The notes beneath the pieces were generated by a model, which searched no databases, was not told the DNA's origin, and saw only the letters and a program-made list of their open reading frames with translations. Positions 28,551-37,107 of a DNA stretch of 64,000 nucleotides are shown piece after piece. Location of the stretch: assembly GCA_021814545.1 (NCBI GenBank), contig JAKAID010000001.1, positions 107,910 through 171,909 on the forward strand, in the 5' to 3' direction. The translations under genes and the position numbers were made by a program. The stretch comes from a bacterium. GTDB lineage: Bacteria; Patescibacteriota; Minisyncoccia; UBA6257; GWB1-50-10. The stretch's first letter is position 1, and every line of letters starts with the position of its first letter.

Positions 28551-28823
28551 TTAGTCATCATCGCCAAAATTTGGCGGTAGCGTAGGAAGAGGAGTAGATG
28601 TAGACGCGGGCCGCCGGGGCGGCGTGGTTACGCGCAGAAAAACCTGTTTTGGAATTCCCGGCGCGCGTGGGGCAACGGATTCGTTCGGGGGCGTTTGTGC
28701 GGCCGCCAATTTGTATGTCGCCACGCCCGTAGTAACGGTCGTCGCTGCAAGTAAAACTGCCACAATAAGGTGGGGAATCGCTTTCGCAAATAATCGCACC
28801 AATCTCATATATATATGACGCAT
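28551..28823 (-). CDS. hypothetical Pro-rich membrane-anchored/secreted protein
   Basis: N-terminal TM (IPHLIVAVLLAATTVTTGVA) followed by a low-complexity Pro/Thr-rich tail. Confidence 0.4.
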   Translation of the reverse strand: MRHIYMRLVRLFAKAIPHLIVAVLLAATTVTTGVATYKLAAAQTPPNESVAPRAPGIPKQVFLRVTTPPRRPASTSTPLPTLPPNFGDDD

Positions 28824-28838
28824 TTACACATTTTTTCT

Positions 28839-28861
28839 TACAAAAATTCGCCTTGCGGCGA
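28839..28861 (-). terminator. intrinsic terminator downstream of the tRNA-Ile/tRNA-Cys pair (TTCGCC-ttgc-GGCGAA hairpin plus T-run on minus strand)
   Basis: Seen in sequence. Confidence 0.5.
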
Positions 28862-28870
28862 ATGTATTTG

Positions 28871-28943
28871 TGGACCCGACCGGATTTGAACCGGTGACCT
28901 CCTCATTGCAAATGAGGCGCTCTACCAGCTAAGCTACGGGCCC
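28871..28943 (-). tRNA. tRNA-Cys(GCA)
   Basis: Manual cloverleaf: acceptor GGGCCCG/CGGGTCC (one G-U), anticodon stem CTCAT/ATGAG with loop TTGCAAT, T-arm ACCGG-TTCAAAT-CCGGT; no encoded CCA. Confidence 0.85.
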
Positions 28944-28955
28944 TTGTTCCGACGG

Positions 28956-29027
28956 TGGGCGTGGAAGGAATCGAACCTTCGACCTCTGTCTTATCAGGAC
29001 AGCGTTCTACCACTGAACTACACGCCC
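28956..29027 (-). tRNA. tRNA-Ile(GAU)
   Basis: Acceptor GGGCGTG/CACGCCC, anticodon stem CTGTC/GACAG with loop CTGATAA, T-loop TTCGATT; no encoded CCA. Confidence 0.85.
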
Positions 29028-29031
29028 ATAT

Positions 29032-29256
29032 TTACAGTGATTGTAACTTTAATGCCTCAAAGCCTTTGATGTCAAACCGTTGTTCCGGTGCGCCCCGTCC
29101 GCTTATTTCGAACGCAATATCCATTTTTGACACGAGAAAGCCAATCGCCGTGACAACAAAGAATATGAGCAGGCCTGTCATTGCGATCGCAAGAACGGAG
29201 AAGAGCGTTTGCCGCGATAATCGGAATCGTGAAAATTTTGATAGAAAATTATTCAT
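29032..29256 (-). CDS. hypothetical small membrane protein
   Basis: 74-aa ORF with one TM helix, 9 nt downstream of the PilO-like gene. It may overlap the tRNA promoter region, so it could be spurious. Confidence 0.3.
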   Translation of the reverse strand: MNNFLSKFSRFRLSRQTLFSVLAIAMTGLLIFFVVTAIGFLVSKMDIAFEISGRGAPEQRFDIKGFEALKLQSL

Positions 29257-29265
29257 AGCGCGGTA

Positions 29266-29817
29266 TTAATTTGCACCCTGGGCGGGCTCTTCGTGATAAT
29301 ACACTATTCCGCTAAGACCCATTGTGCTCTTCGCACCGCCCCGGGTAATTGAAAACCCTCGGAAATCGGAAAGATAGCGAAAGCGCTGGAGCGTATCAAT
29401 GAACGAAACAAGCTTGTCGAAATCGCCGGTGAGGTCGAGGCGGAAATTGTACGCACCGAAGGATGCGGCGGTCGGCGCCGTATCGCTCAAAAATGTGTAC
29501 GAGATAGCAAGGTCGCTTTTCGCCGCAAGTACCTGGAACTCCTGCCGGAGGTTAATGAGCTGTTCCTCGGTCGGCACATACAAACTCATTGCGGCAAGGT
29601 CCGCCTGTGCTTTTGTCCGATATTCGGAACGAAGCGCCGCCAAGGAGTTCAACGCGTGCGAACGTTGCGCAAGCTCGCGCCGAAGCGCTGCGATTTCATC
29701 GGAATTGTTCCCTATCTCACTCCCGAAATAAATAATACCGCCAAGCAATGCGAGAATGATCGCTAACGTACTGCCGCCCTGAATCAATAATTTTTTTTGG
29801 AACGCATCGAGCTGCAT
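29266..29817 (-). CDS. hypothetical membrane protein with coiled coil (PilO/PilN-like topology)
   Basis: N-terminal TM (STLAIILALLGGIIYF), a coiled-coil stretch, then a C-terminal alpha/beta domain; the family assignment is tentative. Confidence 0.35.
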   Translation of the reverse strand: MQLDAFQKKLLIQGGSTLAIILALLGGIIYFGSEIGNNSDEIAALRRELAQRSHALNSLAALRSEYRTKAQADLAAMSLYVPTEEQLINLRQEFQVLAAKSDLAISYTFLSDTAPTAASFGAYNFRLDLTGDFDKLVSFIDTLQRFRYLSDFRGFSITRGGAKSTMGLSGIVYYHEEPAQGAN

Positions 29818-29841
29818 CGTGTATACTTATTTTATCATACT

Positions 29842-30714
29842 ATGGACTTCCCCATACGGACCGTCTCCAAGCGTGATGCGGAATATCCTCCCCTGCTTCT
29901 TGAATCCGTGGGCCATCCCGCGGAACTTCATTTTCGCGGGAGTCTTCCCGCGCCCCATGACCAGTGCGTGGCTATCGTCGGCACGCGCAAGGCGACACGC
30001 GAAGGGCGCGCGCTTGCCTTTGCGACCGCAGAAACGCTCGCGCGGCGGGGGTTTGTTATCGTGAGCGGACTCGCGCTCGGTATCGATGGCGCTGCCCACG
30101 ATGGCGCGCTTGCGGGCAACGGGCGCACTATTGCCGTACTTGCAAATGGACTCGATTCCATTTATCCGCGGCAACACGAGCGTCTTGCAGAAGATATCCT
30201 TGAGCATGATGGCTGCCTTATCTCGGAATATCCGGATGAAACACCCTCATACCCGAGCCAATTCCTTGAACGCAACCGCATTGTAAGCGGGCTCTCCATC
30301 GCAACCGTCGTTATCGAAGCTCCTTTGCGTTCAGGTTCGCTTGCGACCGCACGGAACGCCATCGAGCAGGGCCGCGAGGTATTTGTGTTTCCCGGAAACG
30401 TCCACCATGGGAATTACAAAGGCTCGCACAAACTTATCCGCGAGGGCGCGCGCCTTGTTGCGAGCGCGGACGACATTCTCGAAGACCTTGGGCTTGCCGA
30501 TGAGGCCCCTATCGAGATGGCCATGCCGCACGCAGAGGATGATGCGGAGGCAACGATCCTTGAGGTGCTCCGCAACGCAAAAGAGCCGGTCTCAATTGAC
30601 AGAATGTGCGAACTCACTACACTGGAGCCACGCATAATAAGCGAAAAGCTCACGATGCTTACCGTTCGTGGCATAATCAAAGAGCACGCGAACGGATTCA
30701 CGCTCAACACATGA
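29842..30714 (+). CDS. dprA: DNA-processing protein DprA (Smf)
   Basis: VAIVGTRKATREGRALAFATAETLARRGFVIVSGLALGIDGAAHDGAL.. Rossmann-like DprA core and C-terminal winged-helix-like tail. Confidence 0.9.
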   Translation: MDFPIRTVSKRDAEYPPLLLESVGHPAELHFRGSLPAPHDQCVAIVGTRKATREGRALAFATAETLARRGFVIVSGLALGIDGAAHDGALAGNGRTIAVLANGLDSIYPRQHERLAEDILEHDGCLISEYPDETPSYPSQFLERNRIVSGLSIATVVIEAPLRSGSLATARNAIEQGREVFVFPGNVHHGNYKGSHKLIREGARLVASADDILEDLGLADEAPIEMAMPHAEDDAEATILEVLRNAKEPVSIDRMCELTTLEPRIISEKLTMLTVRGIIKEHANGFTLNT

Positions 30715-32906
30715 AACTGGTTATCGTAGAAAGTCCCGCAAAAGCGAAGACTATCGAAAAATATCTGAAGGGCGAATATAAGGTCATCGCAAGCATTGGC
30801 CATATTCGCGACCTTCCGAAAAGCAATAAGAAGGCCATCGATATTCCGGCCGGTTTCGTGCCGCACTATGAAGTATCGAAGGGGAAGGAGAAGGTCGTTG
30901 AGGAAATAAAGAAACTCGCAAAGAAAGCGGATGAGGTGCTCCTCGCGACCGACCCTGACCGTGAGGGTGAGGCTATCGCATGGCACATTAAAGAAGCGAT
31001 AGGGCTCAAATCCCCCAAACGCGTCGCCTTCCATGAAATAACCGAGCCTGCTATCCAGGATGCTATCAAACACCCCCGCGCCATCGACGAGGACCTTCGC
31101 AGAGCGCAGGAGGCGCGGCGCGTACTTGACCGTCTTGTGGGTTACGACCTCTCCGGGCTCCTCTGGACCAAAATGTGGTACGGCGCACTTTCCGCCGGGC
31201 GCGTACAGTCGCCCGCACTTCGCATTATTATGGAAAAGGAGCGCGAAATTCGCGCCTTTGTCCCCGAACATTATTCGGTCATCACGGGGCGCTTCACCAC
31301 AAAAGGAAAGGAGGAACTCGCCCTCGTGTGCGAAAAAGAACCACGCGAAGCAGAACGAACCGCCGCCATCCTTGCGGCCGCAAAGCGCGGACGCTGGTCA
31401 GTCGTTGAAATAAAACAGACCGAAGCGCGCCGCTCGCCGAAACCCCCATTCACCACCTCCACGCTCCAGCAGACCGCGAGCTCGCGGCTCGGCTATTCGC
31501 CCTCGCGCACCATGGGCATCGCCCAGAAGCTCTATGAAGCGGGGCATATCACCTATATGCGCACCGACAGCGTGAACCTAAGTGAGGTTGCGCGTACAGA
31601 TATTTTTGCAACAATAGAAAAAATATACGGGCGCGAGCATGTAGTTCCCCGCGTGTTCGCCACAAAGAGCAAGAACGCACAGGAGGCGCACGAGGCGGTT
31701 CGCCCCACTAAGGCTGGCGTGCGGAGCGCGGGCACAACCGATGAACAAAAGCGGCTCTACCGGCTTATCTGGCAACGCGCGGTTGCCTCGCAGATGATCG
31801 ATGCGAAAGTTTTGCGTACGAAGATTAGCGCGAATATCGACGAACCCGATGCCATTCCCAATTTCTCCGTGAACGGCACTGTGGTTGTAGTACCCGGCTG
31901 GCTCTCTGCCGACCCCGACGCGCGCGGAGAAGATGTTGAACTGCCCCAGGTCGCTAAGGGAGAACCGCTCGCCCTTCGTACGGTGGACGCTGAGGGCAAG
32001 GAAACCGAGCCGCCCGCGCGCTACACGGAAGCGGGGCTCGTGAAAGAGCTTGAGAAGCGCGATATCGGCCGCCCGAGCACCTACGCATCCATTATTAAGA
32101 CACTCCAAGACCGCGCGTACGTCGAAAAAATCGGCAAGGCGCTCCACCCGACCGCGGTCGGCGAGGTGGTCAGCAATTATATGGAAAAGAAGTTCGCCGA
32201 TTATATTAGCGATTCTTTTACTGCGGAAATGGAAAATGACCTCGACGAGATAGCGGCGGGAAAACGCGATTACGAAAAGACACTCAAGGCGTTCTACGGC
32301 CCGTTTTCAAAACAGATAGCTGCTGCCAAGAAAGAAGAGGGAAAAATCACCGACCTCGGACCCGGCCCCGAAGTTTTCGCATGCCCCGTCGACCCCGCTC
32401 ACGGACGCATGACGATAAAACTTGGCAGGAGCGGCACCTTCTTGAGTTGCTCGCATTTCCCCGACTGCCTTGGCGCACGCAAAATCGACGGCTCCATTAT
32501 GGAAGGACCGAAAATTCTTGAGGAGCAGTGCCCAGAGTGCGGCGGCGCGCTTGTGGAGCGCGAAGGACGCTTCGGCAAGTTCATCGCATGCAGCAATTGG
32601 AAACGCGGCAAGAAGGGCTGCCACTACATCAAGCAAAGCCCCGAAGAGGAGGCGAAGAAACGCACGGGCGTGAAATGCCCCGATTGCAAGACGGGCGATA
32701 TTGTGGAGCGCCGCGGCAGGTTCGGCCCCTTTTACAGCTGTTCAAATTATCCTTCGTGCAAGTTCATCATCAAATCCCGTCCCACCGGCAACGTCTGCTC
32801 GCTCTGCGGCGCGCTTATGATGGAGGGCACGAAAACTATTCCCGAACGCTGCTCGAGCAAAAATTGTCCGAATCATAACCCGCACAAACTTGAGGAAAAG
32901 AAGTAA
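30711..32906 (+). CDS. topA: DNA topoisomerase I with C-terminal zinc-ribbon repeats
   Basis: MKLVIVESPAKAKTIEKYLKG.. TOPRIM, DPDREGE, catalytic Tyr region (ITYMRTDS), three C4 zinc ribbons at the C-terminus; ATGA overlap with the dprA stop. Confidence 0.95.
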   Translation: MKLVIVESPAKAKTIEKYLKGEYKVIASIGHIRDLPKSNKKAIDIPAGFVPHYEVSKGKEKVVEEIKKLAKKADEVLLATDPDREGEAIAWHIKEAIGLKSPKRVAFHEITEPAIQDAIKHPRAIDEDLRRAQEARRVLDRLVGYDLSGLLWTKMWYGALSAGRVQSPALRIIMEKEREIRAFVPEHYSVITGRFTTKGKEELALVCEKEPREAERTAAILAAAKRGRWSVVEIKQTEARRSPKPPFTTSTLQQTASSRLGYSPSRTMGIAQKLYEAGHITYMRTDSVNLSEVARTDIFATIEKIYGREHVVPRVFATKSKNAQEAHEAVRPTKAGVRSAGTTDEQKRLYRLIWQRAVASQMIDAKVLRTKISANIDEPDAIPNFSVNGTVVVVPGWLSADPDARGEDVELPQVAKGEPLALRTVDAEGKETEPPARYTEAGLVKELEKRDIGRPSTYASIIKTLQDRAYVEKIGKALHPTAVGEVVSNYMEKKFADYISDSFTAEMENDLDEIAAGKRDYEKTLKAFYGPFSKQIAAAKKEEGKITDLGPGPEVFACPVDPAHGRMTIKLGRSGTFLSCSHFPDCLGARKIDGSIMEGPKILEEQCPECGGALVEREGRFGKFIACSNWKRGKKGCHYIKQSPEEEAKKRTGVKCPDCKTGDIVERRGRFGPFYSCSNYPSCKFIIKSRPTGNVCSLCGALMMEGTKTIPERCSSKNCPNHNPHKLEEKK

Positions 32907-32908
32907 CG

Positions 32909-33796
32909 CTACCGCGTGAGCGTAGAAAACTGCTTTTCGTAATTCAGCACGAAGTGGAATTCCAGTTCCGCATCGCCAATCACCACCCGCTCGCCCTCTC
33001 CTTTACGCGCAAGATACGCATGAAGCCGCTTCATGGCGATAGGGCGTGCCACACGCGCCTCGAATACGTCGCCCAGTTTTCCCGAGAAGAGCCGCTCCAG
33101 TGCACGGGCAATTACTGATTTTCCTTTCGCGATGCGGTGCGCATCAAGCAGCGCAAGGCGCGGCATGCGCGCCCACGCATTTTTTGAAATAAATTTACTT
33201 AGCGTTTCTTCATCCCCCCAGAGCGGGACAAGGTTTCGATAGAGCTCGCCGCGATAATAATTGTGCGGCTCCTTTTCATATGTCGCTTCGGTCACAAAGT
33301 GATTGAAGCACAGTTTATCGGGGCTGCTCTCCTGCAAATCGTCGAGGCGGCGGGCGTTCAAAAGCGAAAAGAGCGCGCTCACGAAGTAGCGCGTCATAAA
33401 AATACGCCCCGCGCGAACGCCCGTTACCACATCGAAATCGGAGCGCTCGTGTACGTTCCCCATTGATATCGAACCGCTTACGAATACGAACTCGACGAAA
33501 GGAATGTGCCTGAACCAGCGCGCGAGCGATTCGAGCTTCTTCCACTTGTGGTCGCGCAACAGGTCCTGCGTTCTGCGCGCAAAACTGCCGCACGCGCGTG
33601 CGCGTGGCGAATAAAATCCTTCTTCCTCAGCGAATTGCCCTCGTGCTACGCCGCGCTCGAGAATGCGCGCGACATCCTCCGGCGTCGCAAGTTCTGGAGG
33701 AATGCCTCCGCAAATCTCAACAAAGGTAAGGGGGCGCCCCAATGCGCCGTACATTGAAAGGAGTGTCGCGACCGCGGCGGGGCTATCCTTCTTCAC
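32909..33796 (-). CDS. hypothetical protein with Pol-beta-superfamily nucleotidyltransferase-like motif
   Basis: FVFVSGSISMGNVHERSDFDVVTG resembles the minimal nucleotidyltransferase GS-x9-13-DxD signature; the remainder is alpha-helical. Confidence 0.4.
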   Translation of the reverse strand: MKKDSPAAVATLLSMYGALGRPLTFVEICGGIPPELATPEDVARILERGVARGQFAEEEGFYSPRARACGSFARRTQDLLRDHKWKKLESLARWFRHIPFVEFVFVSGSISMGNVHERSDFDVVTGVRAGRIFMTRYFVSALFSLLNARRLDDLQESSPDKLCFNHFVTEATYEKEPHNYYRGELYRNLVPLWGDEETLSKFISKNAWARMPRLALLDAHRIAKGKSVIARALERLFSGKLGDVFEARVARPIAMKRLHAYLARKGEGERVVIGDAELEFHFVLNYEKQFSTLTR

Positions 33797-34853
33797 GATG
33801 AAGCGGGAGTTCGAGCGCGGCGGGCTCGACCTTCGAGGTCCCGTCGGTTATCTTCATCACGTCCTTGTCTATCTTCGCGAATTCTTTGTATGCCGAATTG
33901 TAGGTATTCACCGAGGTCCCCAAGTGGTTCCCCAGTTTTTTAAGCGTTGTTTCGTAACTTGCGATGTGGCGCCCGAGCTCCTCGACGCGCTTCACGATAT
34001 CTTTGGCGGTTTCTTCTATCTTCAGCGCCTTAAGGCCCTGCAATACCGTCTGGAGATATGCAAGGAACGACGTCGGCGAAACGATAATGACGCGCTTCTC
34101 CTTGAACGCGTACTCGATAAGGTCGCGCGTCGCGACTTTTACCGCGCCCACCTGTGCTATCAAAAGGTCGTAGTAAATCGCCTCGTGCGGGATGAACATG
34201 AACGCAAAATCCATGGTGCCCCTCGTCGGTCGCACGTACTTCGCGGTTTCATCAATGCGATTCTTAAGGTCGGCTTTGAAGAGCTTCTCGAGGCGTTCGC
34301 GTTCCACCGGGTCTTTTTCTTCGACCACGCGATTATAATTTTCGAGCGAGAACTTCGAATCGATGGGAATAATTTTGTCTTTCACGAATACGACCGCGTC
34401 CACGATAAGCTCCTTTCCGGTTTTCTCGTCCACGCCCATTTGATATTGCGTTTCATAGCTTCCGGGCGGGAGCACGTTCTTTAAGAGCGCCTCAAGATAG
34501 TATTCGCCGAGTACGCCGCGCTGTTTCGGATTTTTCAAAATGTCCTGGAGCGATTGGAGCTGGTCGGCAAAATTCACCACCTGCCGATTCGTTTCATCGA
34601 GCTTCGTGAGTTTTTCCGTTACGTCGCGGATAAGCTTGGACGATTCGCTGTGCTGATACTGAATGAACTTCGTCGATTCTCCCAATTTTGCATCGAGCGT
34701 GCGGTTCAGCTCCTGTATCTGATTTTGCAACAACAGAAGCGAACTCATCTCCTCGGGATTTTTCTCGCTCTTTTTTTGAATGGCTTGATAGAGCACGTAA
34801 AACCCCACCGCGATAACCGCGATACCGGCAATGAATACGAAAAGCGTTCCCAT
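33783..34853 (-). CDS. rmuC: DNA recombination protein RmuC
   Basis: N-terminal TM plus long coiled coil, and a C-terminal RmuC nuclease-like domain (..FAFMFIPHEAIYYDLL..). Confidence 0.8.
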   Translation of the reverse strand: MGTLFVFIAGIAVIAVGFYVLYQAIQKKSEKNPEEMSSLLLLQNQIQELNRTLDAKLGESTKFIQYQHSESSKLIRDVTEKLTKLDETNRQVVNFADQLQSLQDILKNPKQRGVLGEYYLEALLKNVLPPGSYETQYQMGVDEKTGKELIVDAVVFVKDKIIPIDSKFSLENYNRVVEEKDPVERERLEKLFKADLKNRIDETAKYVRPTRGTMDFAFMFIPHEAIYYDLLIAQVGAVKVATRDLIEYAFKEKRVIIVSPTSFLAYLQTVLQGLKALKIEETAKDIVKRVEELGRHIASYETTLKKLGNHLGTSVNTYNSAYKEFAKIDKDVMKITDGTSKVEPAALELPLHREEG

Positions 34854-34856
34854 ACG

Positions 34857-35201
34857 TTAGTTTACGGTTACCATTACGCCGACCGAAATGAGAGCAATGA
34901 GCGAGATGAGTACGTTCGCGCCAAGGTAGAGATACGCGAGAAATCGCTCGCGGTTGTAAAACTCATACGCGAGACCGCCATTCAAAATGTTCATCGTAAG
35001 CCCCAACGCCCACATACCCCAGATGCTCGCGCGCGTGCCGAACGTGTCGACGCCGTGGAGCGCGTCGAAGTGGAGCACGATAAGCGGCGCGAGGCGACCG
35101 TAGTTTGTATACGTCAAAATCCCTGATGTGAGCATCAGCACAAAAGAAATTGCCAATATCACCGTTATCGCTTTATGCGCCAGTACTATTCGTTTCATCA
35201 T
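34857..35201 (-). CDS. hypothetical polytopic membrane protein
   Basis: Four predicted TM helices; no recognisable motif. Confidence 0.45.
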   Translation of the reverse strand: MMKRIVLAHKAITVILAISFVLMLTSGILTYTNYGRLAPLIVLHFDALHGVDTFGTRASIWGMWALGLTMNILNGGLAYEFYNRERFLAYLYLGANVLISLIALISVGVMVTVN

Positions 35202-35338
35202 TTACTCTATTGTACCTTGCGCCCACCTATTCTCAAAACAGAACACTATTGCAAGAATTGTGCGATATATTGACTTTTCAGCTTATTTGTGCTATCGTTT
35301 TGTTAGTTCCAAACAACGCCAAAACAAAGGAGTAGCGC

Positions 35339-35791
35339 ATGCTGAAGCGAATCGTCGCCTGCATCCCCCTCTTCCTCGTCGTGGTCTTCGCGGTCGTCAT
35401 CGTGAACGACCACCTCCTCATGAGCGCACGGGTCGCGCCCGTGGCGGAGCGCTTCAACAAGCTGGTCGACGAGCACTACACGGCCGGCACGCCCTTTTCG
35501 GGGCGCATCGACCGGCTCATCGCCGAGCGGAACGAGGTGCTGCGCAAGGCGCACTACCTCTGGCTCGGCTCCTGGAGCGCCGACGACCACGGACAGCTCG
35601 CGTTGTACCTCAACGCGGGGTGGATGCCGGAGAAGATGTACCAGTACGTCTGGACAGCGGCGGCGCACGGCTCGCAGAGCCTCGCCTCTTCGCTCATCCT
35701 CTGCTTCTCTATTCCCGCCACGTTTTTTGTGTTCGCGGGAGCGATCGCCGCTTCTGTCGTCCTCGTGCGCCTTGCCTACCGCGGACGCTGA
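35339..35791 (+). CDS. hypothetical membrane protein, very high GC3 (compositionally atypical)
   Basis: N- and C-terminal TM helices. Codon third positions are nearly all G/C. Followed by a strong terminator. Confidence 0.5.
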   Translation: MLKRIVACIPLFLVVVFAVVIVNDHLLMSARVAPVAERFNKLVDEHYTAGTPFSGRIDRLIAERNEVLRKAHYLWLGSWSADDHGQLALYLNAGWMPEKMYQYVWTAAAHGSQSLASSLILCFSIPATFFVFAGAIAASVVLVRLAYRGR

Positions 35792-35816
35792 CGCGGGAGA
35801 CCGTTCGGCTTCATAA

Positions 35817-35848
35817 AGAGCATCCAAAATATCGGATGCTCTTTTTTA
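35817..35848 (+). terminator. intrinsic terminator (AGAGCATCC..GGATGCTCT 9-bp stem plus T6)
   Basis: Seen in sequence. Confidence 0.7.
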
Positions 35849-35897
35849 TTACATAAAAAGCCGCAGGAATATCATCCTACGGCTTGGCCACGACAAC

Positions 35898-36007
35898 TCA
35901 GGAGATGACCGCCTCGCGCACATGGTCCCAGATGAGGCGATGCGCAAAGCGCGGATCGCTGGGGTTGCTCGAGGCAATGAGCTTCCCCTCCCGGTAGAGG
36001 CCCGTCC
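35898..36007 (-). pseudogene. possible C-terminal gene remnant, high GC (..GLYREGKLIASSNPSDPRFAHRLIWDHVREAVIS*)
   Basis: Protein-like reading frame of ~36 codons with no start codon, between a terminator and tRNA-Leu; the composition matches the high-GC3 cohort. Confidence 0.2.
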
Positions 36008-36010
36008 TCC

Positions 36011-36040
36011 GCACAAGTCAACACAAAAACCCCGCATAAG
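36011..36040 (-). terminator. intrinsic terminator downstream of tRNA-Leu (CCCC..GGGG hairpin plus T-run on minus strand)
   Basis: Seen in sequence. Confidence 0.5.
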
Positions 36041-36045
36041 GGGTT

Positions 36046-36129
36046 TTTATTTGTGCGCAGGAGAGGATTTGAACCTCCATACCCTTGCGGGTGCTACCAC
36101 CTCAAGGTAGTGCGTCTGCCAGTTTCGCC
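36046..36129 (-). tRNA. tRNA-Leu(GAG) with long variable arm
   Basis: Acceptor GCGCAGG/CCTGCGC, anticodon stem CTACC/GGTAG with loop TTGAGGT, long variable arm (CACCCGCAAGGGTAT), T-loop TTCAAAT; no encoded CCA. Confidence 0.85.
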
Positions 36130-36308
36130 ACCTGCGCAAAAACTGCTCATACAGTATACAAAAATATTGAAAAATATCAACACTATTGCGAGCACTTTTC
36201 TATCACTATGGGCGCGGGTGCGCGCTCCCCCGCCATAAGATACCCGAACGCGAATCCGGTACTCCCCACAAGGAACAGCACTCCCGCTACTATCGCTATC
36301 TGCATGGT

Positions 36309-36339
36309 TGACATAAAGGCGATGTTTAGACTATTATAT
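36309..36339 (+). promoter_or_regulatory. putative promoter for rpmA (-35 TTGACA; -10 TATTAT region), followed by a 5'-UTR hairpin ACCGCC..GGCGGT
   Basis: Hexamers seen in sequence; the exact spacing is ambiguous. Confidence 0.35.
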
Positions 36340-36383
36340 ACGGGTATCAGAAAACCGCCACGCAGGCGGTTCCCATAACAGCC

Positions 36384-36656
36384 ATGGCACATACAAAAGC
36401 TAAAGGTTCAACTAAATTAGGACGTGAATCAGAGTCTAAGCGCCTCGGCGTAAAGCTCTTCGACGGGCAGCCGGTCAACGCGGGCGGGGTTATCATTCGC
36501 CAGCGCGGTACGAAGTTCTTTCCAGGCACGAACGTGGTGCGCGGCGGCGACGACACTCTCTATGCGAAGAAGGCGGGCACCGTCAAATTCGCAACGAAAA
36601 AGAAGAACCACTTTGATGGTTCGAAGAAGTTCGTTCGCGTAGTGAACGTTCTCTAA
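36384..36656 (+). CDS. rpmA: 50S ribosomal protein L27
   Basis: [48 protein letters not shown] matches the L27 consensus. Confidence 0.95.
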   Translation: MAHTKAKGSTKLGRESESKRLGVKLFDGQPVNAGGVIIRQRGTKFFPGTNVVRGGDDTLYAKKAGTVKFATKKKNHFDGSKKFVRVVNVL

Positions 36657-36661
36657 GCGGG

Positions 36662-37102
36662 CTACTTCTCTTCTTTTACTTCCACTTGGAGCATCGCGCG
36701 AATGTTGTCGCCGAACTCCACCGGCACTCGGCAAAGCCCGAGTGTTTTTATCGGGTGTTCCAATACCACCTTTCCTTCGGACGCCTCAAAGCGCACAAGC
36801 TCCTTCTCTATATCCTTTGCCGAAACCGAACCGAACAGCTCGCCCTTCTCCCCTGCACGGAGCGCAAAGTGGAGCTTCATGCCATCGATAGATTTTGCGC
36901 GCGCAGAGAGCCGCGCCACGCGTGCGGCGTGCGCCTTTTCTTTGTCCGCGGCAAGTTTTGAGACGATGGAAACCGTGGAGCTCGTCGCCAATGCGGCGAG
37001 CTTCTTCGGCAGCAGGGCGTTACGCGCATAACCGTCGTTCACCTCTTTTATCTCACCCTTCTTGCCGATGCCTTTTACGTCTTTCAGCAATACAACTCTC
37101 AT
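36662..37102 (-). CDS. rplI: 50S ribosomal protein L9
   Basis: [35 protein letters not shown] matches the L9 N-terminal domain. Confidence 0.9.
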   Translation of the reverse strand: MRVVLLKDVKGIGKKGEIKEVNDGYARNALLPKKLAALATSSTVSIVSKLAADKEKAHAARVARLSARAKSIDGMKLHFALRAGEKGELFGSVSAKDIEKELVRFEASEGKVVLEHPIKTLGLCRVPVEFGDNIRAMLQVEVKEEK

Positions 37103-37107
37103 GTGCG

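Noticed and set aside
35849-36037. 62-aa minus-strand ORF
   Set aside because: Arg/Ser-rich nonsense-like translation overlapping a terminator and lying beside the tRNA-Leu terminator. A different frame gives the more protein-like fragment reported as a possible remnant.
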